Shown: positions 36,878-47,176 of the stretch, piece after piece
Position numbering within the stretch: position 1 is the stretch's first letter
Layout of the letters: each line of letters opens with the position of its first letter
Source: Bacteroides sp.
GTDB taxonomy: Bacteria > Bacteroidota > Bacteroidia > Bacteroidales > Muribaculaceae
NCBI GenBank assembly: GCA_014802345.1
Contig: JAAVCM010000003.1
Location: forward strand, 6,890 to 70,889
DNA length: 64,000 bases
Direction of reading: 5' to 3'
Translations under genes and position numbers: made by a program
Notes under the pieces: model-generated
Seen by the model: only the letters and a program-made list of their open reading frames with translations
The model's database searches: none
What the model was told of the DNA's origin: nothing

Positions 36878-38377
36878 TTAGGCGAATTTAGCCCAGTCGA
36901 CGTTGCGCATATCGCCTGACGAGAGGAACTCGGTGTGGAAGGCGAGGGCGGCGTTGAGGGTGTGGGGGGTCTGACCGCCGCGGGTGCTGAGTTTGAGGTA
37001 GTCGCGGAGAAGTTCGCGGTAGAGGGGGTGGGCGCAGTTGTCGATGATGACGTGGGCGCGCTCAACCGGGTCAAGACCGCGAAGGTCGGCAATGCCCTGA
37101 TCAGTGACGATTACGTCGACGGAGTGTTCGGTATGGTCGACGTGCGAAACCATGGGGACGATGTTGGAAATCTTGCCTTCCTTGGTGATTGAGGGGCAGG
37201 AGAAGATGGAGATGTAGGCGTTGCGGGTGAAGTCGCCAGAGCCACCGATGCCGTTCATCATCTTTGTGCCTGTCACATGGGTCGAGTTGATATTGCCGAA
37301 GATGTCTGCTTCAAGAGCGGTGTTCATCGCAATGACACCAAGTCGGCGGATGACTTCGGGATTGTTGGATATCTCAGAGGGACGGAGAACCATGTGTTCC
37401 TTGAAGAACTCGATGTTGTCAATGACTTCGTCCTCAACCTCGTTGCTGACGGTGAGCGAGCATGACGAACCGAATTTGCAACGGCCTTTCTTCATAAGGT
37501 CGATGACGGCATCCTGCATCACTTCGGTGTACATTTCGAAGGGAGGAATCTCCTTGGCATCGGCAAGGCCGTATAGGACAGCGTTGGCCACGTTGCCCAC
37601 GCCTGACTGGAGGGGAAGGAATGTTGAGGGGATGCGTCCGGCACGGAGTTCGGCCATAAGGAATTTGCATACATTCGCACCGATCTGCTTGGTGGTCTCG
37701 TCGAGCGGAGTGAATGCCTTCACGCCTTCGTAGTGGTCGCTCATCACGACACCGACAATCTTATTGGGGTCGAGTTTGAGGACGGGCGAACCGATGCGGT
37801 CGCTCGGCTTGAAGATGGGGATTTCGGTGCGGTGAGGGGGGTCGAGGGGGAGATAGATGTCATGGAGTCCGTAGAGGGCGTGGCGGAGCTTCTCGTTAAG
37901 TTCGATTACGATTTTGTCGGCCATCTTTGCGATGGTGGGGACGTTGCCTACACCTGTACCTACGACCACTGTACCGTCGTCCTGAATGTCGCTGACCTCA
38001 ATGATGGCAAGGTCGAGCTTGTCGCCGAAGAAACCGTAGCGGAGCTTCTGGGCGGCTTCCGAGAGGTGGAGGTCAAAATAATGGGCATCGTGTGAGTTGA
38101 TGCGCTTGCGCAGGTCGGGATGGTTCTGATAGGGGGTACGCTTACCGATGGCGTTTGCGCGTGCGAGGACACCGTCGCAGTTGTCGCTAGTCGATGCACC
38201 GGTGATGATGTTGATTTTGAAGGGTTCACCCTGAGCGTGGAGCTTCTCAGCTTTGGCTGCTATGGCCTGAGTGACTACTTTGGGAGAACCGGGAGCGGTG
38301 AAACCGGAAAATCCGCATTTGGCGTCGTTGAAAAACAGTTCGGCCGCCTCTTCGGGAGTCAGGATAGGAAATTTCAT
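36878..38377 (-). CDS. Succinate CoA-transferase / acetyl-CoA hydrolase family protein
   Basis: FSGFT, LQSGVGNVANAV, YTEVMQD, MMNGIGGSGDF. Confidence 0.92.
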   Translation of the reverse strand: MKFPILTPEEAAELFFNDAKCGFSGFTAPGSPKVVTQAIAAKAEKLHAQGEPFKINIITGASTSDNCDGVLARANAIGKRTPYQNHPDLRKRINSHDAHYFDLHLSEAAQKLRYGFFGDKLDLAIIEVSDIQDDGTVVVGTGVGNVPTIAKMADKIVIELNEKLRHALYGLHDIYLPLDPPHRTEIPIFKPSDRIGSPVLKLDPNKIVGVVMSDHYEGVKAFTPLDETTKQIGANVCKFLMAELRAGRIPSTFLPLQSGVGNVANAVLYGLADAKEIPPFEMYTEVMQDAVIDLMKKGRCKFGSSCSLTVSNEVEDEVIDNIEFFKEHMVLRPSEISNNPEVIRRLGVIAMNTALEADIFGNINSTHVTGTKMMNGIGGSGDFTRNAYISIFSCPSITKEGKISNIVPMVSHVDHTEHSVDVIVTDQGIADLRGLDPVERAHVIIDNCAHPLYRELLRDYLKLSTRGGQTPHTLNAALAFHTEFLSSGDMRNVDWAKFA

Positions 38378-38480
38378 AATTTTCTTGTTTCTGAATTTTC
38401 TGGAGGAGAGATTTGGGTGATGGTTATGATTGGAGTTTTTTTGTATTTGATTTCAGGATTGGATGGGGGGCAGGTGAGGG

Positions 38481-38960
38481 TCAGCGTAGGCCGTCGGTGA
38501 ATTTCGGCCGCAGAATCTCGGAGTCTATGATGGCCTGCCGCCAGCGTCGGTAGTGAGCCTCGGTGTCGGTCAGGTCGCCGTCAGGCTGTCGGGCTGACTG
38601 CAGTTCAGGTGTTGAGATTTCGTCAAAAGTCTCCACTTCAAGAGGTTCTGACCCGGATATATTCTCGATGGTCTCACCGGGGAGAAAGGCCGGACGGGGC
38701 TTTTTCTGCTCCGGCACTTCATTGCGCGAAGGTTTCGCGGATGCCCCGGATTCACCCTCGGGTGAAGCGGGCGGAAAAGCCGTGGTCATGAATGAGGCCA
38801 TTTTACGGGAGAAAGGTTGAAAGCCCTTGAAATTTACGGAACGTTGATGGCTCGTTTCGGCCGCGCGCGATGAATCCGCCCTTTCCTGCCTCAATTTCTT
38901 GATGTATTCAAAGAGCGAACCGATACCGAAGACAATCAGGAAGAATATAATTTTTTCCAT
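38481..38960 (-). CDS. Hypothetical protein with N-terminal membrane anchor
   Basis: MEKIIFFLIVFGIG; C-terminal RQAIIDSEILRPKF conserved-type motif. Confidence 0.65.
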   Translation of the reverse strand: MEKIIFFLIVFGIGSLFEYIKKLRQERADSSRAAETSHQRSVNFKGFQPFSRKMASFMTTAFPPASPEGESGASAKPSRNEVPEQKKPRPAFLPGETIENISGSEPLEVETFDEISTPELQSARQPDGDLTDTEAHYRRWRQAIIDSEILRPKFTDGLR

Positions 38961-39037
38961 TGCGCGGTTTTTCGTAATTTTGCAGACAAAATTACGGAAT
39001 CTTACGCTTATTGCCAAAGAATCCACATAATAAATTT

Positions 39038-40378
39038 ATGAATCCGTCACGCAAATTACATATAGAGACCTACGGCTGCCAGATGAATGTGGCCGACAGT
39101 GAAGTAGTGGCGTCGGTCATGGAGACCGTCGGCTATGAAATGGTTCCAACGGTCGAGGAGGCCGATGCCATACTCCTCAATACTTGCTCGATACGCGACA
39201 ATGCGGAGCAGAAAATAATTTCGCGTCTTGCCTATCTTGCCTCCTTGCGCCGCAAGCGCTCCAAGGAGCTTCCGCGCCTGATAGTTGGTGTGATCGGCTG
39301 TATGGCCGAGCGAGTCAAGGAGGAGCTGGTCAGCAAGCACGGTGTCGACCTTGTGGCGGGCCCGGACTCCTATCTTGACCTTCCGAACCTTTTTGCCTCG
39401 GTCGAGGCGGGTGAGAAGGCGGTCAATGTCCAGCTCAGCACGACGGAAACCTACCGCGACATCATTCCGGCACGAATCACCGGAAATCCCGTCTCAGGTT
39501 TCATCAGCATCATGCGTGGCTGCAACAATTTCTGTTCTTACTGCATAGTCCCCTACACACGCGGACGTGAACGCTCACGCAGTGCCGAGAGCATCCTCTC
39601 CGAGCTTGCCGACCTCCGTAAGCGGGGATTCAAGGAGGCCACGCTCCTCGGGCAGAACGTCAACAGTTACAGATTCACGACTTCGGACGGTACAGTGATT
39701 GATTTCCCTGCACTGCTTGCGATGGTGGCCGATGCCGCTCCGGATATGCGCATTCGCTTCACGACCTCACATCCGAAGGATATGAGCGACGAAACAATCG
39801 CCGTGATAGCCTCGCGTCCGAATTTATGCCGCCATATCCATCTCCCGGTGCAGTCAGGCTCCAATAAGGTGCTGAAAGCCATGAACCGCAAATACACCCG
39901 CGAATGGTATCTCGACCGCATCGCTGCAATCCGCCGCGTGATGCCCGACTGCGGTATTTCAAGCGACCTTTTCACTGGCTTCCACGATGAAACAGAGGAG
40001 GATTTTCAGGAGACACTCTCGCTCATGCGTGAGGTCGGATTTGATTCGTCGTTCATGTTCAAGTATTCGGAGCGTCCCGGGACACTCGCAGCGAGGACAA
40101 TGCCCGACAATGTCCCCGAGGATGTGAAAATCGACCGCCTGAACCGTATGATTGCCTTGCAGAACGAACTGTCGCGCGAAAGCAATGCGCGTGACGTCGG
40201 AAAGGTCTTTGATGTGCTTGTCGAGGGGGTCTCCAAGAGGTCAAAGGAGCAGTTCGTAGGGCGTAACCAGCAGAACAAGACGCTCGTGTTTCCGCGCGGC
40301 GACTACCGGGTGGGCGATACGGTGAAGGTGCGTGTCGTGGATTCATCGTCGGCTACGCTCATCGGCGAACTTGCGTGA
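39038..40378 (+). CDS. miaB: tRNA-i6A37 methylthiotransferase
   Basis: ETYGCQMNVADSE, NTCSIR, GCNNFCSYC radical-SAM motif, TRAM domain. Confidence 0.95.
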   Translation: MNPSRKLHIETYGCQMNVADSEVVASVMETVGYEMVPTVEEADAILLNTCSIRDNAEQKIISRLAYLASLRRKRSKELPRLIVGVIGCMAERVKEELVSKHGVDLVAGPDSYLDLPNLFASVEAGEKAVNVQLSTTETYRDIIPARITGNPVSGFISIMRGCNNFCSYCIVPYTRGRERSRSAESILSELADLRKRGFKEATLLGQNVNSYRFTTSDGTVIDFPALLAMVADAAPDMRIRFTTSHPKDMSDETIAVIASRPNLCRHIHLPVQSGSNKVLKAMNRKYTREWYLDRIAAIRRVMPDCGISSDLFTGFHDETEEDFQETLSLMREVGFDSSFMFKYSERPGTLAARTMPDNVPEDVKIDRLNRMIALQNELSRESNARDVGKVFDVLVEGVSKRSKEQFVGRNQQNKTLVFPRGDYRVGDTVKVRVVDSSSATLIGELA

Positions 40379-40538
40379 TTCAGGGAGTGTCAGCACCCTG
40401 AATTTGTTCCTATTAAGGGGACAAAACGCTTTTTTAACTAATTTTCTTAGGTGGTACGGATAAAAATTCCTAACTTAGATGTGTAAGAAATTTTTCAGAT
40501 ACACATAATCTAAAAGTCAGGAGGCAAAAATCCGTACC

Positions 40539-41144
40539 ATGATAGATTTCGAATCATTAATTTTCAATATAGACATCGACCGGCGTTTCATCCCTCATCC
40601 CGGTTCGCTGCTTGTCGCGGAGCCATTTCTTCGTGAACGCTATTTCCACCATTCCGTCATCTGTCTGGTGGATTACGAGGAGCGCGGTTCGGCGATGGGT
40701 ATTGTCCTTAACAACCGTACGAGCTACACGTTGCAGGAGATACTTCCGTCGGTGACGGCTGAGAAGCCTATTCCTGTCTATTGCGGAGGGCCGATGTCGT
40801 GCGACAGGCTCTATTTCATGCACACTCTCGGCGACCTGATTCCAGACTCGCGTGAGATTGTCCCCGGATTATATATAGGTGGCGATTTCGATACCGTGCT
40901 GTCGATTGTCAATGACGGCTATCCGGTCGAGGGGCATCTGCGTTTCTTCCTCGGTTACAGCGGCTGGGATGCCGAGCAACTTGACGGCGAACTGCTCAAA
41001 AGCGTATGGGCGGTGACGGATATTCCCTCCGTATCGTCGATGCTTTCGGGTGAGGAGGATGCCTATTGGCACAGTGTCGTGAGGTCGATGGGGGAGAAAT
41101 ACCGCGGTTGGCTTTACCATCCCCGTAACCCGCACTCAAATTAG
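40539..41144 (+). CDS. YqgE/AlgH family protein
   Basis: GSLLVAEP, GGP, RFFLGYSGW...QL. Confidence 0.9.
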   Translation: MIDFESLIFNIDIDRRFIPHPGSLLVAEPFLRERYFHHSVICLVDYEERGSAMGIVLNNRTSYTLQEILPSVTAEKPIPVYCGGPMSCDRLYFMHTLGDLIPDSREIVPGLYIGGDFDTVLSIVNDGYPVEGHLRFFLGYSGWDAEQLDGELLKSVWAVTDIPSVSSMLSGEEDAYWHSVVRSMGEKYRGWLYHPRNPHSN

Positions 41145-41266
41145 TGTTAAATAAGGTTAAAGAAGTTGTTGTATGATTAAAGCGCATCATCGGGTCTTGG
41201 CTGATTGGTGCAAAATGTCTAACTTTGCAGCCGAATTTAATCAATACAAATCACAATAATTAATTA

Positions 41267-41797
41267 ATGGCAACTAAAATCAGACTGCAACGCCATGGTC
41301 GCAAGAACTATGCGTTCTATCCTATTGTAATCGCCGATAGCAGGGCACCACGAGATGGTAAATTTATTGAAAGGATAGGTTCTTATAATCCGAACACTAA
41401 TCCTGCTACAGTAACTTTGAACTTCGAGCGTGCTTTGTATTGGGTAAACGTTGGCGCACAGCCCACCGACACTGTCCGCACTATCCTCTCAAACGAGGGT
41501 GTACTTCTGATGAAGCACCTTCAGGGTGGTGTAAAGAAGGGTGCTTTCGATGAAGCTGAAGCACAGCGTCGTTTTGATGCCTGGAAAGCTCAGAAGCAGC
41601 AGTCAGTCGACAAACTCCGTGCCTCTATGGCCGACAAGAAGGAGCTTGAGGCTAAGAACCGCTTCGAGGCTGAAGTGGCTAAGAACAAAGCTAAGGCTGA
41701 GGAAGTGGCTAAGAAGAAAGCAGAAGCCGCTGCCGCTGCTGCCGAAGCTGAGGCTGCTGCCGCTCCCGCAGAGGAAGAGGCTCCCGCCGCTGAATAA
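41267..41797 (+). CDS. rpsP: 30S ribosomal protein S16 with Bacteroidetes Ala/Glu-rich extension
   Basis: [38 protein letters not shown]; -7 box at 41220-41227. Confidence 0.97.
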   Translation: MATKIRLQRHGRKNYAFYPIVIADSRAPRDGKFIERIGSYNPNTNPATVTLNFERALYWVNVGAQPTDTVRTILSNEGVLLMKHLQGGVKKGAFDEAEAQRRFDAWKAQKQQSVDKLRASMADKKELEAKNRFEAEVAKNKAKAEEVAKKKAEAAAAAAEAEAAAAPAEEEAPAAE

Positions 41798-41835
41798 ATT
41801 TATCGGCCGATTAACAGACAGTCCAACGACTGTTG

Positions 41836-41890
41836 AAAGAAATAACCCGCAAGAGATGTCGCAGGCATCTTTGCGGGTTTATTTCTTTTA
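41836..41890. terminator. Bidirectional terminator after rpsP
   Basis: AAAGAAATAACCCGCAA...TTGCGGGTTTATTTCTTT. Confidence 0.75.
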
Positions 41891-41966
41891 TGGCTATGAC
41901 TAAGTCTGAGCTATAAGGAAGATAGTACAGATTCATTTATGGGATAGAGCTGTCAGAAGCCGCTCT

Positions 41967-44024
41967 TTATTTTTTGAGCCGTTCAGCAATCCGGCGATGA
42001 TGATGGGCTGACGAGGGATCGCCGGTGGCATCATAGATGTCGGCGAGGAGCGAATGGAGCGACGCAAGCAGCCGTCGGGGATACTCACCGGTCTCTGCAA
42101 GATTAAGGGCGACGAGGCAGCGGTCCATAGCGTTGTGAGTATCGCCGAGATTGAAATAGGCAAGCCCCATGCGGATGAGAATGTCGAGGCGGCCGGGGGT
42201 GTTTTTAGTGTCTGTAACTTTTGTATCCGAGTCGGGATGTCGGAGAAGGGTTTCAAAGTCGCTGACGGCGGCGGTATAGTCTTCGAGCGTCATCTCTGCA
42301 AGTGCGCGGCCGTAGAGGGCGGGGAGATATTCGGGAAGGAGTGTCAGAGCCTTGTCGTAGTTGGCTATTGCCGGGATAGGCATATCGTCAAGGCGGCAGT
42401 CGTCGCCGAGCGAACAATATTCGCGTGCCATTTCCTCGAATTTTTCCGAATCACCCTTGATGCGTTCTTCCAGCTCGGCAATCTGACCTTTCAGACGGCT
42501 GACAACCGAGAGCTTGCGCCGGGCGAAACGCATGGCGACTTCATTGTCAAGCAGCGGCCACGAGCGGTTAGCCTCAATGAACTTGTCGAAGGCATCGGTA
42601 AGCTCCCCTTTGTCGGCAAGCTCAATCGCACGGATATAACATTCGTCGGCATGAGCCTTACGCATGGCTTCGTCGATAAGTATGGGGTCGTTGAATGAAC
42701 GGCTGAAATTGACAATGGCGGGATTGACGAAAATATCGCGGTCGGCTACGGTGGAGCGCAGGGTCATCCCCTCGAAACTGCGGCAACGCGAAAGGGCGAC
42801 GTAGGTCTGGCCTCCTGTAAAGGCACCGCGTCCCATGTCGATGATGACATTGTTGAATGTCAGTCCCTGACTTTTATGGATGGTCAGCGCCCACGCGAGT
42901 TTAATCGGATATTGAGTGAAGCTGCCCAGTTCCTCCTCATTGATTTTCTTCGTCTCCGAGTCATAGATGTAGCGTATGTTGGACCATTTTTCAGGCTCTA
43001 CGGCATGGATGTCGCCGTTTTCGAGCTTCACTTCAATCAGGTCTTTCGTCAGGGTGACGATAGTTCCGATTGTACCGTTGACCCATATCTTGTCAGGCGA
43101 GTTTTTGATGAACACCACCTGTGCGCCCTCTTTCAGCGAGAGTTCAAGGTCGGTCGGCAGAGAGTTTTCCGGGAATTCACCTTTGATTGTCCCGACAAAA
43201 GTGACGAGCGGACGGTCAATGGCATTGAGATGGGTTTCGTTGATATGGTCGACCATGTCGCGGCGCGCGGCGAGGGTCATCGTCGGTTTGGATTCAATAT
43301 CAGAGTCAGGGAGCTGCGGGACGAGGCAGCGGGAATTCAGCCTGATTAAGTCATCGCGTGTGACGGAGCCTGTGCGGATTCGGTCAAGGAGTGCGACAAA
43401 CTCACCCTCGCTCTGACGGTAAATCTTTCGGAGCTCGATGGGGACGAGGCGGATGCGCTCGAACACACGGGCTGAGAAAAAGAAGGAGTCGCGGTAATAT
43501 TTACGCAGGATGTCGCGCATATCCCCGGTCAGGACAGGTTCAAGCTGGAAAACGTCGCCGACGAGCAGGAGCTGTTTACCTCCGAAAGGTTCACGCTGAT
43601 TGCCTGAATAGGTGCGCAGAAGGAGGTCGACGAAATCAATTATGTCGGCTCTCACCATTGAAATCTCGTCAATGATTATCAGGTCGAGTTCGCGGATGAG
43701 TTTCACAAGAGAGCCGGGATACTTCATGCGCTGCTTGATACGGTCAGGCTTGAAATCAGGGTCGTCGGGCGTTATCGGCTTGAAGGGAATCCGGAAGAAG
43801 GAGTGGAGTGTCACACCTCCGACATTGACTGCTGCGATTCCGGTCGGGGCAAGCACCACGAATTTTTTATGTGTATGGGAGGTGATGTAACGCAGGAAAG
43901 TCGATTTTCCTGTGCCGGCCTTACCGGTGAGGAAAATCGACTGTCGTGTGTGTTGCAACAATTCCCAAGCCTTGATGAATTCGGGATTGTTGAGGTCAAT
44001 ATTTTCAGTTTCTGTTCTCCCCAT
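41967..44024 (-). CDS. PIF1/RecD-like SF1B helicase with C-terminal TPR repeats
   Basis: FLTGKAGTGKST, APTGIAA, IIDEISM, GDVFQL, TIHKSQGLT, YVALSR; TPR-like AIANYDKALTL. Confidence 0.9.
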   Translation of the reverse strand: MGRTETENIDLNNPEFIKAWELLQHTRQSIFLTGKAGTGKSTFLRYITSHTHKKFVVLAPTGIAAVNVGGVTLHSFFRIPFKPITPDDPDFKPDRIKQRMKYPGSLVKLIRELDLIIIDEISMVRADIIDFVDLLLRTYSGNQREPFGGKQLLLVGDVFQLEPVLTGDMRDILRKYYRDSFFFSARVFERIRLVPIELRKIYRQSEGEFVALLDRIRTGSVTRDDLIRLNSRCLVPQLPDSDIESKPTMTLAARRDMVDHINETHLNAIDRPLVTFVGTIKGEFPENSLPTDLELSLKEGAQVVFIKNSPDKIWVNGTIGTIVTLTKDLIEVKLENGDIHAVEPEKWSNIRYIYDSETKKINEEELGSFTQYPIKLAWALTIHKSQGLTFNNVIIDMGRGAFTGGQTYVALSRCRSFEGMTLRSTVADRDIFVNPAIVNFSRSFNDPILIDEAMRKAHADECYIRAIELADKGELTDAFDKFIEANRSWPLLDNEVAMRFARRKLSVVSRLKGQIAELEERIKGDSEKFEEMAREYCSLGDDCRLDDMPIPAIANYDKALTLLPEYLPALYGRALAEMTLEDYTAAVSDFETLLRHPDSDTKVTDTKNTPGRLDILIRMGLAYFNLGDTHNAMDRCLVALNLAETGEYPRRLLASLHSLLADIYDATGDPSSAHHHRRIAERLKK

Positions 44025-45706
44025 CAGAAGCGGACACCGACGGTGAGGACTATTGAGTTGTTGTTTTCGCTGATGGTGCCGGTCGGAGCCATTATGAGGT
44101 CGCCGGTAGAATTTTCATTGTAATCGGTGAAGGCACTGAACTTGCTCTTACGCGTACGGTGGACGAAAGCAGCGTCAGCATAGACATTCTTGTAGCGGTA
44201 GCCGAGACCACAGGTGATATACTGTGTCGATTTGTCGAAAGTGTAGGAGGGGAGGGTCTCGGTGTCGCCGGGGCCTGAGGTGTAGATGTATGTCGCTGCC
44301 GGGCCGTTGGCGGTGATTGAATAGCCATCCATAGCCTCGGTAGTCACGGGTGAACTTTCGTAGACGTAGCCGGCGCGGACACTGAACTGCGGGGTGATGC
44401 GGTATTCGAGACCGAGACGCATGATGTTCTGAGCCTTGTAGTAGGTCTTCACATCATCATTGACATCGGGGTAGTCATTACCGTCGCGGTCCTGAACCTT
44501 GATGGCGTTGGCTCCGCGATATTCATAGTCGGCGCTGATGATGGCGCGTCCGCCTATCACACCTGCCGCACCGACGGTGAGACGCCACGGAGTCTGACAT
44601 TTCCAGTCGAAAGAATCAAGGTAGCCTTCGTCAGTGGCGGTAGAGCCTGAATAGCCTTTGGAATTCTCGTAGAGGGGCGACTGATAGGTAAAGCTCATAT
44701 CGCCGCCACCTTCGTAGGAAAGATTGTAGTATGTCGGGGTGTGGACGGCGATACCGAGTCGGAATTCATTGATGGGTTTGAAAATCACACCTGCCTTGAA
44801 ATTGAAACCGCTGCCCCAGATGTGCTTGTAATTTCCGAGGGTATAGTCGGCATTGCCATTGGTATAGGTGATGTCTGTGCGGGTAGTGGGAGCAGGAACA
44901 TTGGCATCTGAGATACTTTCTGAATAGAAAGCGCGCGTGCGGTATTCAATGTCAGTGATGCCGAAGCCGATACCCCAGTAGACCACATCGGAGATGTTTC
45001 CGCCGAAGTCGATGGCATACTCGTCGACATGGCCTTTCTCCTCGACGGCGACAGAGGCCTGTGCGGTGGACTTGCCGTAGTCATAGAGACCGGTGTATGT
45101 GCTTGCTCCGGGCGATACGGGATTGATGCCGTAGCCGTTAAACATCAGGATACTCGACCAAGATGCAGAGGACTCGAGATAAGGATTGTATATCTGATAG
45201 TTATTGCTGTAAAGAGTCTCGGGGCTGTATCCGTCGACATTGGTGTAATCTGCCACGAGATTAGTGAGGGACGAACCGATCCTACCCATGCCACCGCTGT
45301 AACGGCGGTCAAAAGAGGCGAGACGCGAGTAGCTCACACCCCAATTGAAAAACGGCATCACTGAGTTTGAACCGAGGTTGACCGCACCGATGTAGCCGAA
45401 GCTGTTGCAGGCAACTTTGGTCTGGTCCTCAGTATTGGTCAGACCTCCGGCACGGAACTTCGCCGACTGGAGATTTATGTCGAGTGTGGCGGAAATGTCA
45501 CTGCTGCGGTAGACACCTATACCCGCCGGGTTCTGGTTGAGGGTGGATATGTCGCCTCCGAGAGCGGTGAATGCGCCGCCCATGGACATGAAGCGTGCGC
45601 TGCCTCGGAGGTCGGTCTGTGAAATTGAACCGGCATCAATGGCGGTCTGTGCCATCATGAAGCCCGGAAGGGCTGTGAGCATCCCTGCTAAGAGTGTCTT
45701 GTTCAT
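44024..45706 (-). CDS. FadL/OmpP1-like outer-membrane transporter
   Basis: GSARFMSMGGAFTALGGD...NPAG signature; C-terminal TVGVRF. Confidence 0.85.
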   Translation of the reverse strand: MNKTLLAGMLTALPGFMMAQTAIDAGSISQTDLRGSARFMSMGGAFTALGGDISTLNQNPAGIGVYRSSDISATLDINLQSAKFRAGGLTNTEDQTKVACNSFGYIGAVNLGSNSVMPFFNWGVSYSRLASFDRRYSGGMGRIGSSLTNLVADYTNVDGYSPETLYSNNYQIYNPYLESSASWSSILMFNGYGINPVSPGASTYTGLYDYGKSTAQASVAVEEKGHVDEYAIDFGGNISDVVYWGIGFGITDIEYRTRAFYSESISDANVPAPTTRTDITYTNGNADYTLGNYKHIWGSGFNFKAGVIFKPINEFRLGIAVHTPTYYNLSYEGGGDMSFTYQSPLYENSKGYSGSTATDEGYLDSFDWKCQTPWRLTVGAAGVIGGRAIISADYEYRGANAIKVQDRDGNDYPDVNDDVKTYYKAQNIMRLGLEYRITPQFSVRAGYVYESSPVTTEAMDGYSITANGPAATYIYTSGPGDTETLPSYTFDKSTQYITCGLGYRYKNVYADAAFVHRTRKSKFSAFTDYNENSTGDLIMAPTGTISENNNSIVLTVGVRF

Positions 45707-45786
45707 ACGAGCTGAAAAGTTGGTGAGTGTTTTAGTAAATGTTTCTGGAATCCGTAGCTTAGGTGAAGGTTGATTGTCCGGATGGA

Positions 45787-46893
45787 TCAGTGGCGTCCGC
45801 GTCCGCCGCCGGATGTACGTCCACCTCCGCCGAATCCGCCACGGCTACCGCCGCCGTTGTAGCTGCCACCGTTGTAACGGCCACCGTTTGTGTTCGACGG
45901 ACGGTTGTAGTTACTGTTGGAATTGTTGTAGTTGGGGAAGTTCGAGTTGTTATGATTCTGGTTCACGGACGGACGTGTCGTGGTCGACGGACGGCTGTTG
46001 CTTCCGCTGTTCACGCCGGGACGGGTGTTGATACCGGGACGTGTGTTACCGCCGTTGACTCCACCGTTGTTGGTCGGACGATTGATGACGAAATTGTTTT
46101 GCGCACCGGGATGACGGTTGTTGATGGCGGGACGCGAACCGGTCGCGGCAGAACCCGTGCCGTTGGGAAGTGAGCCGAAAGCACCCGGATGACGGGGATT
46201 ATAATACGGACGACCGCCACCGCCCCACGACGGGCCACCCCATGATGGACCCCATGATGGACCCCAACCGGGACCCCATGCAGGTCCCCAGCCCCACGAG
46301 GGTCCCCATGCAGGACCCCAACCCCATGAGGGACCCCAGCCCCAGTTCCATGACCAGTAGGGATCATACCATGAACCCCAGTACCAGCTTGAATTCCATC
46401 GCCAGTAATTATTGTACCAGTAGGGGGAAGTCCATGCTGAGTAGGGATAGAAATAGTCATAGCCCCAGTAGGCGGACGGAGTGTTGACATAGATGTTGAC
46501 CTCCTCAGGCTCCATATAGTAGATGTTGGCAAGTTCCTTGTCGCCGGAACCGCTTACGATCTGAGGATTGTAGAACTGCTCGATTCGGCGGGTATATGCG
46601 AAGTCCGTCGCGGTAGTGTCAGCGCTAAGTGAGTCGGTTGCGAAGATACCACGGCGGTTATAGTCATCGACACTGATTGAACGTGTCCCGTTGATGGTGT
46701 AAGTGTCAGCGGCGGGATAGTCATAGACAATCACTGTGTTCTTTTTGTTGGCGGATGAATTGTTTGTCGTGGCCTTCTTGGTAGCTTTCGAGGCATTATA
46801 GTAGATGTCATCGTCAAAATATGACTGGGCTGACATCACGCCGACGGCTGCCAGAGCGCTCACAATGAAAAATGTAAATCGCTTGAAGTTCAT
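45787..46893 (-). CDS. Secreted low-complexity protein with Trp-Gly-Pro repeats and Asn/Arg/Gly-rich tail
   Basis: Signal peptide, DDIYY motif, WGPSW/WGPAW repeats; lies upstream of the FadL-like gene. Confidence 0.75.
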   Translation of the reverse strand: MNFKRFTFFIVSALAAVGVMSAQSYFDDDIYYNASKATKKATTNNSSANKKNTVIVYDYPAADTYTINGTRSISVDDYNRRGIFATDSLSADTTATDFAYTRRIEQFYNPQIVSGSGDKELANIYYMEPEEVNIYVNTPSAYWGYDYFYPYSAWTSPYWYNNYWRWNSSWYWGSWYDPYWSWNWGWGPSWGWGPAWGPSWGWGPAWGPGWGPSWGPSWGGPSWGGGGRPYYNPRHPGAFGSLPNGTGSAATGSRPAINNRHPGAQNNFVINRPTNNGGVNGGNTRPGINTRPGVNSGSNSRPSTTTRPSVNQNHNNSNFPNYNNSNSNYNRPSNTNGGRYNGGSYNGGGSRGGFGGGGRTSGGGRGRH

Positions 46894-46961
46894 AGTGCGG
46901 AATATATCTGAGAAGTGAGAGATTATATTTTAACGTCTATAAAAAAACTTGTTTTATAATT

Positions 46962-46988
46962 TAGACACACAATGCGTCCAAAAGTTTA
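46962..46988 (-). promoter_or_regulatory. Putative ECF promoter TAAACT-N15-TGTCTA
   Basis: Same boxes and spacing as the divergent pair at 49528-49591. Confidence 0.55.
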
Positions 46989-47083
46989 ACGGATTGTTGC
47001 CGTGGTGAGGGATAATAATGCAAAAATAATGATTTTCCGCGAATAAATGAAATCGTGAGAACTAAAAGGCTACGGTTGTGGAC

Positions 47084-47124
47084 AAAAAAGAGACCGTATC
47101 AACCGGGGGAATTGATACGGTCTC
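47084..47124 (-). terminator. Intrinsic terminator of ABC transporter operon
   Basis: GAGACCGTATCAA/TTGATACGGTCTC 13-bp stem plus T-run on minus strand. Confidence 0.8.
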
Positions 47125-47176
47125 ATGACTTGTGGATATGTTATGCTATTGGTTAGGTATCTCGGATGAGAGTGGA

